Positions 1 through 9,046 of a DNA stretch of 64,000 bases are shown piece after piece; positions within the stretch are counted from its first letter, which is position 1; each line of letters opens with the position of its first letter. A model generated the notes under the pieces. It searched no databases and had not been told where the DNA came from. It was given only the letters and a program-made list of their open reading frames with translations. The translations under genes and the position numbers were made by a program. Origin of the DNA: Patellaria atrata CBS 101060 (Eukaryota); NCBI GenBank assembly GCA_010093705.1, contig MU006100.1:408745-472744 (forward strand), in the 5' to 3' direction.

Positions 1-373
1 CCGTAGGAAATCGCGCGCTTGGGTAATTTTTTGAGGGCTCCAAAACACCGCGCCACCATCCGCTATGCTAATTACTCGTTGTAAAAGAGGCTTCTGCCGT
101 TTACGTCGCTTCTTCTAGCCCTCAAGAGCCTTAATTAAACCGAAGTTCTGTTGTTGGAGGATAGTATTAGAGGCAGAGAGGAATTGAAATTCGCCTTCAG
201 TTCTTCGACGACAGGTTGCATTACATCAGAAACAACGGTCTCTAGTTTCTTCTCTATACGTTTCCAATCTTTCTCCGATAACACTGATTAAGCTGATTCA
301 CTTGAGCTTGGTCTACCACCTATTTGACTAACTGGTTGCCTCTCCGGCTTTGCTAATCCTTGTAGCACTTCAC

Positions 374-653
374 TGTCAAGGCTCAACCTCAGATGAGAGC
401 TGAAATGTATATTGCTGTATGTACATGAAGCTTAAACTTAAGGAAAGAAAGTAAAAGAGAGTATCAGAACAGCGTGAGCTGTTCTATTAAAGTACAACAT
501 GACTAAGCTACTGGATCATGCATGCGGCTTAAACTTAAGGAAAGAATGTAAGAGAAAGTGCCAGAACAACGTAAGTTGTTCTATTTAAGTATAGCATAGC
601 TAAGCCGCTGGATCATCCAAGACACTTATACCTATCGGGTCTAACCCGTGACA
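374..653. mobile_element. Solo LTR (280 bp) inserted into the transposase
   Basis: Starts TGTCA and ends TGACA (TG..CA inverted termini). Flanked by a perfect 5-bp direct repeat TTCAC at 369-373 and 654-658. Excision restores the transposase reading frame. Confidence 0.88.
430..616. repeat. Two-copy 97-bp tandem repeat inside the solo LTR
   Basis: GCTTAAACTTAAGGAAAGAA at 430 and 527, and CTGGATCAT at 511 and 608 (period 97). Confidence 0.9.
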
Positions 654-1943
654 TTCACTCGGATTATATGGAGAGATACCTGTTTTTTTAAAGCTCCCGA
701 GGATGTTTTTTTCTGTAAAAGCCTTCTGGTAAGCGGGCCAAAATATCTCAAAAAAGTTCCGTTTTGCAATATTCGATATGCCCTGTGATCGGCTCAAAAA
801 GTCGTCGAGATTTTGACTGTAATACGTGGCGAGAGGAGAGAATAAGGAGACGTCGAGGGGCTGCAATCTGTGCGTAGAGTGAGGAGGATAGTTGGCTAAT
901 ATGATCTTATTGCTTATACAATACTCCAAAAATGGCATATTGATATGGGAGCCATGGCCATCGACGATAAGAAGTCTCCAAGCTCGACCAGCTTTGGTTT
1001 TAGTAGAACGGTCAAAAACGGTCTCCAACCACCTCAATCCGAGCTCGTCATTAGTCCATCCTGTCGGCGAAGCAGTAGAAAAACACTCCTGCTCTTCCGG
1101 TCGATAGCCCTCTAACCACGTATCGTGTATCGCTCCTGATACCGAGGGGTGGATGATCCCATGAGGGATAGTTGTTCCATCTGCACAGATTGTAGCTAAG
1201 ACCGTAATCCACTCCCGATTTCCGTCCTGTGCGATTCCCTTGACCCTCCCACTTTCAAAAGTAGCTTTGCTGTAAATCCTACGTGACTTTTTAAGCATAC
1301 CTATGAGGAAGCCCTTTTCATCCATATTGTACGTATTTTCTGGTAGGATACTAAACTTATCGAGCTTACGCCCAAGGAGCTCAAGATAGAGCTTGTAAAA
1401 CGGTCCCTGATCGACCTTATGACGGGCTAAATCAATAGGACTGAGATTGCCAGATTTGAGCTGATGTCCATAGCGCCCATACCACCTCGTAACCCAGCTA
1501 TTTCCAGGTCTTTTCCAACGATATGGCCGGCCAGATTTCGTACAGTTGCAGGCGTAGGAGGGAAAACATGATCAGTTAATCGATTGATATATTTAATAAG
1601 TGTTTTAGACTGCGCCTCGGTCATTAATTTAGAGTTTTCGATTGCTACCTCGCGGAAAACAGTGACATTACGAAAACGCCGCGACAACGTCGTGCGGTCG
1701 TAATTATACTCTTTTGCAGTTTGCGTTATATTAGGAGTATCTTGAAGCTTTAGACTCTCAAGCGCGGCCTCAATAGGAGTCATATTGGTGGTGGTGGAGT
1801 AAGAAGTAGTCATTATTCTGAAACCGTGTACGGCCTGAACAAGACCCTTAGTCAATAAAAGTCTTAGTGCGATTTAGGTAAGGAATAGTCGCTCTTCCGG
1901 TATTCCCTCTTCGATCGGGATTTGAGAATTCACTTTTTCCATA

Positions 1944-2110
1944 ACAACTGTCACCCGCCTACGAGGTTTCGCTCCATTCGTGGGGTGGCACCCTAGCCAA
2001 TACACATCAACCTTAGATCGGCCTTTAGTGAGTCCCCGACACGTGATCAAGTGGCTAGGAGGTGCCAACCATCGTATAGGCCAAAACCTCGTAGGGCGGG
2101 TAACAGACGT
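1944..2110. mobile_element. TA-flanked imperfect inverted repeat (MITE-like, or terminal inverted repeat region of the pogo element)
   Basis: Left arm ACAACTGTCACCCGCCTACGAGGTTT..TGGCACCCTAGCCA versus reverse complement of right arm ACGTCTGTTACCCGCCCTACGAGGTTT..TGGCACCTCCTAGCCA. TA at 1942-1943 and 2111-2112. Confidence 0.7.
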
Positions 2111-2845
2111 TACGCTTAAGTACTAGGCCACTTAATCGCTTAATCTATAACTTATTAGAAATATACTTAGGGATAAGGAGTATAATAGTCACTGTTTATT
2201 TCTGAATTATTCCTCGTGTTTGCGCTGTTAAATCATAGTTTGGAAAGTGGTTTTTGTCGTTAGCGCGTCCTACAGGCACGGCTCAGCTGAAAAATACATC
2301 TAATTAATCATCTAAGAGGTTCTCTTTCTCAACACGAGATTGGCTTACATCTGAAACGAAGACGTGATTAGACAGGAAGGGTGCCGGAAGCTTAAGAAAC
2401 GGAGCGGAAAGGGGTAGAAAGTAAGGGAGAAAAAACCCGAAACCGAGCGTACGACTTCAACCTCCTGGAACGGGAGGACCTGGCAAGGCATTTATGGGCA
2501 GAAGCACTACCCCGCTAGGATTACACTAGTGTGCAACCCAGAGGTGTCCGAAACTTCTGTGATGATACGCCACCGCAAGGCCAGGATGAGGTTGAAGGCT
2601 CTGGGAGGGGTGGACTCTCGCTCAAGATAAGCCTCAATGGAGACGGACGGGGATCGGAGGTTTTCTGCGCCGATGGAGCCGAAAGTGAGGGGTCGCAGCT
2701 TAAATCGTCACATAGCTCTATAATAGCCTCAATAGCTACTTGCTCGAGCCGCACTTTTGTTTCCCTATATTCCAGTCATGTTACTATACATTTTCATTCT
2801 CACCTCATATGAAATTCCCCTGATATTGTAATCTATCACTTCTTT

Positions 2846-4814
2846 CTATTCCCACTTCTCAATCTTCATCGTCCCCTTTTCTTGCAAATTCTTATGCATG
2901 TTGAACACCTGGAACAGCAGGTGCGGCTCATGTCCCATGCCTTTCTTCAAGCACTCGTACTCCGCTTTCTCAAAGTAATCTCTCAAGATCGGTTTGTAAT
3001 CCGGATGTGCGGTTTTCTCGATGATAACGCAGGCACGCTCACCGGGTGAAAGGCCACGAACGTCAGCTAGGCCCTAAAGAGAGACATTAGCAGCTATATA
3101 CCTACCCACACTCCACCATGGAAATACGGGTTGGGGATAAGGGGAGAAAGGGGGAAATAGGGGTAAAAGGAACTCACCTGTTCCGTAACCACAATATCTA
3201 AATCATGCTCCGTCTGGTCTACATGCGTACACATCGGCACAATACAACTCACGCCCGTTGGATCCGCCTTCGTCGGCCTCGTACTTGGCGTATGCATGAT
3301 ACTGTACTTCGCGCTTCTCAAAAAGTCCGCGCTACCACCCAACCCATTCAACATCCGACTACCCATAACACACGTGCTGTTCGCATGGGCATATATATCT
3401 ACCTCGACGGGCGTGTTCATCCCGATAACACCCAGTCGCCGGATGATCTCGGGCGAGTTCGAGACTTGTTGCGAGCGCAAGAGGAGTTTGGGTGAGTACT
3501 CTTGCCAACCGGCATAGAAGCGTTTGAATCCTTCTGGGGAAAACCGGATTGAGGTTGACGTGGCGAAGTCCAGGTTGCCAGAGTCGAAGAGGTCGAGGAA
3601 GGAGTCTTGGAGGACTTCGGTCCAGACTTTGAGGTTTTTGAAGTTGGCGCCGCCGGACTGGGTTCTTTTAGTTATCAGGGGTATTCAGGGGTAAGGTAGG
3701 GAGAAAAAGGTGTGGAGTAACATACAGCAAGACCACCGACGACAGCATTGGCGATGTTCCCAATACCTGATTGGATCGGAAGCAGGTTGTCGGGCAGTCT
3801 ACCACGGTCAACCTCGTGTTTTAAGAACTCGATCAGGTTCGATGCAATGGCACGAGAGGTGTCATCTTCTGGGGAATTATGTTGGGTTTTATCGGGGTAG
3901 TCGGATTCGACAACAGCAACTACTCTTTCTGGATCCACTGGAATGTGAGGAGTCCCGATACGATCCTCTGGAGCCATGACGAGATATGGTTTTCGTCTTG
4001 GTGGTAGGTCCGTCATGGTAATATCATGCAATCCTTCGAAAGACGGTGCTGCTGTATTGACTTCAATGATGATCTAACAGTATTCTTAGCCCCTATTTTA
4101 GGATTGGCAATTCAACTCACAAACCTTATCAGCCATCTGGATGATCTCTGGACTTGCGCCAACACTCGCCCCTGGGATGATACCGCCGTCTTCCGTGATG
4201 GCACTCGCCTCCACGATCGCCCAATCCAGACGGTTGTTTGGCTTATGCATGGTGTAGTACCCATACATCAGATCAACGGGAAACATGCTCAGATGTTTAT
4301 CGAAGAATTTGATATTGCCGTTATTAATACCCTTCGCAATTTCTTTACCAACTTGATGCGGAGCCCGTCGCTCGATCATGTTGTTCCTCGCCCATCGATT
4401 CTCAGTCTCTGAGCCGGAAGAGGCTCCCACGAAGAGGTTGTATTTCAGCTTTCCCTGCAGGTTGTTCTTTTCCACGTGATCTGCTAATGCTGTAGGAATT
4501 TTCCTAAAGACTGTTAGCATTACAATCTACAAAATACCCTTGAAACCATGTTAAAGCAATAATGCATACTTTGGATATCCGACACCAGTAAACCCACTCC
4601 ACCCAATATAACTCCCATCTGGAAATAATCCCATCTCCACCAGGTCTTCAGCCCTGCAAACCTTATCCAAATATGTCTTTCTCCGCACCCGGCTCTGCAA
4701 CGCCTCTGATGCTTTGATCGTAGATATATTTCTGCTTCCTAGTTTTCCTGAAAAGTTGGGGTTAAGTTGCGACCTGGGAGCCATTGAAGCTCTCCTACAC
4801 ACTAAGGACGCCAT
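2846..4814 (-). CDS. ACH1: Acetyl-CoA hydrolase / succinate:acetate CoA-transferase, mitochondrial (5 exons)
   Basis: Motifs [57 protein letters not shown] and [10 protein letters not shown]-terminus rich in Arg/Ser like a presequence. Canonical introns; stop after KIEKWE. Confidence 0.96.
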
Positions 4815-4922
4815 TTTGAAGTTGTAAGAGAGGGATTGGGGACCCGCGTTTCGTATGGCTGTAAAGGGTGTTCTCTTAAAATTTGATGCTACCCGCTGTC
4901 ACTTGCTAAGGTAACCGCAGAT

Positions 4923-5397
4923 CCCCGCCTATCCCAATTCTCAAATACACTTTTACCAAATTGTAAAGCTCCGATCGACCATCCTCTTAATTCCCCTATT
5001 CTTTCATGACAACAATTTTTAGCAATTCGAAATCCTCTCCCGATTCTGATCTCAATTGTCCATCTATTCCTCCCTGTCCCAAACCAGGAGATCAAAAAGG
5101 AATCAATAGCGGTTCAACCGTGTAAGACGTCAAAAATAGCGTTCAAAAATGTACCCAAAGCTTCCGGGGACATCACCCCCTTAGATACCCCCCCACCCCG
5201 CAAAATCAGCTCCAAGTGGGTCGGGGGTTCCAAGCTATGGTGCGGTTATCAAAGCATGACGTTGCTGCAGTGCAGAATTCGTTCCTTTAACTAAGTTATT
5301 CTTCTATAGTAAAGGTTATGTGCTAGTTGCTTTAGGTTGGACAAGGGTTTGAGGCACGTGCGTTTGCGGGGCGATCTCCGATTCTCCGAATCCGGGG
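4923..5397. promoter_or_regulatory. Cluster of SYGGRG (CreA/Cre1-type) sites upstream of ACH1
   Basis: CCCCGC 4923, CCGGGG 5164, CCCCAC 5191, CCCCGC 5196, GCGGGG 5366, CCGGGG 5392. Confidence 0.4.
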
Positions 5398-5982
5398 TTG
5401 AGGTGGGAGTGGCTTGTACTTTGGACCGTGCACGGGATGCAAGTTTATTTTATGGACAGGCGGGATGGGAAACTTTACCTTACCATCTCAACATCTTAGA
5501 GAACTTTTCACGTATCTTTATAAGGTGCTGTGGTATGTTTGTCGATACCATACCCAATTGCGATGAGGTATTTCCCTGTCTCGGTACGATCGTCGGATCA
5601 CTGTTGAGAGAGTGCTATTTTTACGTGTATGGAGTATAAAAGCGAGTTATCTATACCAGGAGCTGGAAATGAACAGACGGTGAGAATGTAAGGATGAGAC
5701 GGCCCTTGAGACGTAACGGTATTTGAACGAGTACACAAACGTTGTATACTCGCATTCGGAGTAGCAGTTGATATCAAAGACGGAGCTCATCAAAGTATCG
5801 ACCTTATAGCAACTCATGAGAGAAGTACTTCCTAGAAATTACACATCACATCAAGTATTTTCATGGCATCGGGTATGAAGTCAAAGTTCACTGATTTGCA
5901 TTTGATCCTGTTTATTGATCTACTAGAACTAAACCGGCCCCAGACCTGCTCTTCCTCGTAGCTTGAGTGAGATTCCGTAGCA

Positions 5983-7810
5983 CTAGATCTTTGTGATGCA
6001 CGTATGACTCAGATTGTTCTCTTTACATATGCATTTCGGACCCTTCTCACTGAGTTGTTTTGCGCCCAATATTTTCATCTTACTCTGAATATACTCCTCA
6101 AGCTTCTCCTTTTGGGCAATGGCGTCTTCGATCTTACTGCTTGGGATATGGTATTCAAAATTGTCCAGTACGAACTTGAATTTAAGTCACCGCAAATTCA
6201 CCAGGGGTTCCAAGAAACTCTCATCACCGTTCTTTTTTCCAATGGACGAGTCCTGGCGATGCGGGTTATTGACCACAAATTCTGATTCACGGTTCCATGG
6301 AACGCTGCCCAAGTCTTTTCGTCCATATGTATCGTAACCGAAGAGAGCTTATGGGAGTGACCGGAGAGAAGAGCGAGAAGTCGACGCTAGTCGTCAAGTA
6401 AAATAGGCGCCACTGGAGACGCCCATGGGTCACTCCCGCTATCATTATATTCGACTCGAAAATGAAGGGTCAGAGTCTGCATCAGAGGCAGGTGATCCAG
6501 ATGATCGTGAAACCACGCGAGCGCAGCTTTGTAACTACCGACGATGTTTACAGGTTGTTTGTAAACGGTTTCGAGCGCTTCGGTCCGAATTTGCCTACAA
6601 ATATTGAGAATATGCATGTCCATACCCATGTTGCGACTAGTGTCATTGCTAAACGTTGCAAAGTATGTCGCTTTAGGGTTGGCCATGCATTTGGATTTTC
6701 CTTCACAGAACGTGTGGAATGATTCCTTTCGCCTGAATCTGGTTTCGTATGCCTCGTAGCTAAATTCGTCGATTACTAGACTGCCTGTGGGTAGGGTATA
6801 AGCATAGATCTTATCACGGAGCTCGCGAGGAAGGTTAAGGATGCGGAATCGGTCGGTCCATTTGTGAAGCTGAGATGCCTTTTTTTCACCTAGACGTTGA
6901 GCAAGGTTGTCGTTAAAGTACTCTCGGAGGGGTTTCACCATTTCGCCGGGATTGTCGTAGGAATGTGGTAGGGGAATGGTCACACGTATAGGACCGTTAG
7001 TGGTGGTGAATCTTCATATGAGATTCTCTTGATGTGAGTGTGATAGAAAATTCTTACTTGATTAGAAGCCAATAAAGTGGGCAAATTGAAACCAATATTG
7101 CTCCAAGATGCATTTTCATTCAAAAAAAAACCTTGCATGCGTACATTACTAAGCTTGACGTTCGTCCAATGTACGCTTTTCAGGTAGCAGTCAAAAATTT
7201 CTACGTTATTCAGGGAGACATTGATTAGGGTGGCATCCTAAAGACGCAACTGTCAGCTTTGGTATTAGTAACCACGACCTTTTCCAGGTCCACATTCTTC
7301 AGGTTAGTGTTTTCCAGATTCAGTGTTAAATCGCCAAGCTTCAAAGTGCTGTTAACAGTTAGCGATCCACATAGTTCTAAGTGAGAAACGAAATAAGAAC
7401 GACCTCTTATCCGGGCTAGTAATATTGACAATCAATCTCAGTGGAGAACCAGAGGGTTCAACTTGGATAACAGGGGTAAATATGCCGCGAGGGTTTTCAC
7501 CAACGTATTTGCTAGCCCGGACCGCACTCTTTCTGAAAACATCTTGCAACTCTACTTCAGAAAGGATCTTAGGTGTGAGTAGATTCGACAGTTGATCTAT
7601 CAGAGCAGGGCTTGGGGCAGTACAGATGACTTCCATTGCAGCATCCGGCAAGTCGTTAGATGGATAAGAGACAAGTAACGGTGCGATCGCGTGCCGGAAT
7701 CTTTCCTGTTCACCCCATTCTGCTTCAGTGTACGCCTTCAGTTCAGGAGCCTGAGGCTGATCCGTGGCCGCACCAACGATCCAGTCCTCAATCAAGAGCT
7801 CTGGACTCAT
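5983..7810 (-). pseudogene. Family member A: N-terminal domain + pentapeptide-repeat region + F-box-like motif + C-terminal CxC-x8-C; disrupted
   Basis: Starts MSPELLIEDW. Intron 7349-7403. Period-5 repeats (ENTNL KNVDL ... TNVKL SNVRM), then FRILNLPRELRDKIYAY and PKCICKENNLSHTCI*. Frameshift near 7240, stop at 6387, further lesions downstream. Confidence 0.7.
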
Positions 7811-8183
7811 TGTGCTTGGAGAAGCAAAGAAAGAAAGATGTGAGGGTTAGAGGAGGAAGAAAGGTGTTCAGAGGTGACTGAATAGACGCATGTGGTTGCC
7901 CCCCGCGACGTGTGACCCTCCGTTTGTTGATGACGCAACAGCAACACCCGGACATCAACAGCACAGAAACCGATGAGAGGTGAGACGAGAAGGAGAAAAG
8001 ATCATTTATATGGATTGCACTAGATATATACCTTTGACCCTAAGTGCACGTATTCCATACCGAGACCTATGCCTACCATTCCCCCATGCTACCTATTGCT
8101 AAACCCAGATGTGTTCCTCCCAAAGTTAGACCGAGAATGAAGCAGATGAACCATCCTTATCATCTATCGGGTAGAAGGAGCGT

Positions 8184-8584
8184 CTATTGCGTCCTCATCT
8201 CTCCGTCCGCCTCAACGTGGATATGGTCATTGGACGAGAGGGTGTGGACTTTGTCCTCGGGGAATTCGGCGCTGAGTGAACGATACTCATTAGAAGCGAT
8301 AACATAGTCTTGAGTGTATGGCCTGGGCTTACGTGAACGCCTTTATCAGCTTGTATTCACCTACAATCTCGCCGCCTTGGTCGCGAACGCTCTTCTTGGC
8401 TCTGGTAGAGGTTAGGAGATGCTGGCATGTGATGAAAGAGGAGCAGTTAGGGTGGGCATACTGTTCGAGTTGTTCGACGTCGGCGCCTTCTTTCAGGGAG
8501 ACCTATGGAAAAAGATCAGCCCCTCTCTTCATGATGTCGTGACTTCGAAGGATTCCTTCAGCTGCTAACGTTGAACTTAGGCAT
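8184..8584 (-). CDS. Peptidase inhibitor I9 family (proteinase B inhibitor/POIA-like), ~70 aa, 4 exons; missed by ORF track
   Basis: Spliced product MPKFN|VSLKEGADVEQLEQ|AKKSVRDQGGEIVGEYKLIKAFT|AEFPEDKVHTLSSNDHIHVEADGEMRTQ*. GG.I..EY.LIK.F and VE.DGE.RTQ are typical of fungal I9 inhibitors. Confidence 0.85.
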
Positions 8585-9046
8585 TCTAGCAACAGAACTA
8601 GTACTCAAGTGCTTCACAAAGGAGTTTCTTTGCTTCAGGGGTTGGAGTCTAATGGATAGTTGGGATGTTATGTTTGATCGAAGGATTCTTGACAAAGATT
8701 GGGAAATGATGGACATCATGCCAGATTTATAGCTAGCGATACCCCTCCATCTCAGCTTGCCCCTCGTTCTCATCGAGACAAGGCAGCGATGACGTGCGTC
8801 GCGGGACTGGCCGATAATGCACGTCGTCAGCTGCTTTGCGTAGGCGCTGTAGGCGCTGCAATGTAACCATGGATGAAATACATCTTATCTAATCGTAGAA
8901 GTGATATCGAGCATTCCACATACGGCGCCAAGCCGCTACTTAGCTAGCGCATAAACCTTAACCTTAAACTACCAAAATTTCTCAAGCACCAAATATCCTC
9001 GCAACCTGAAGCCTCGCGGGGCGAATCAACACTACCCTTCCTCACA

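Larger units (their letters stand above)
1..1783 (-). mobile_element. Pogo/Fot1-like (Tc1/mariner superfamily) DDD transposase, disrupted; runs off the window start
   Basis: ATG at 1783 (MTPIEAALESLK) and N-terminal HTH region (TTLSRRF), then a 1-nt frameshift near 1510. Catalytic motifs YNMDEKGF, IVDGHGSH and THRLQPLDV follow. After removing the 374-653 insertion the frame continues YNPSE-VLQ...RPSSSESA*SVLSEKDWKRIEK. DGGAVFWSPQKI at 1-60 is a typical Fot1-type C-terminal segment. Confidence 0.93.

Noticed and set aside
388..408. CAGATGA-GAGCT-GAAA in the LTR resembling a hammerhead ribozyme core
   Set aside because: The core should be CUGANGA, and no convincing stems I/III or cleavage triplet could be built.
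2521..2812. Overlapping short ORFs between the transposon and ACH1
   Set aside because: Non-ATG starts, low-complexity products and no recognisable motif.
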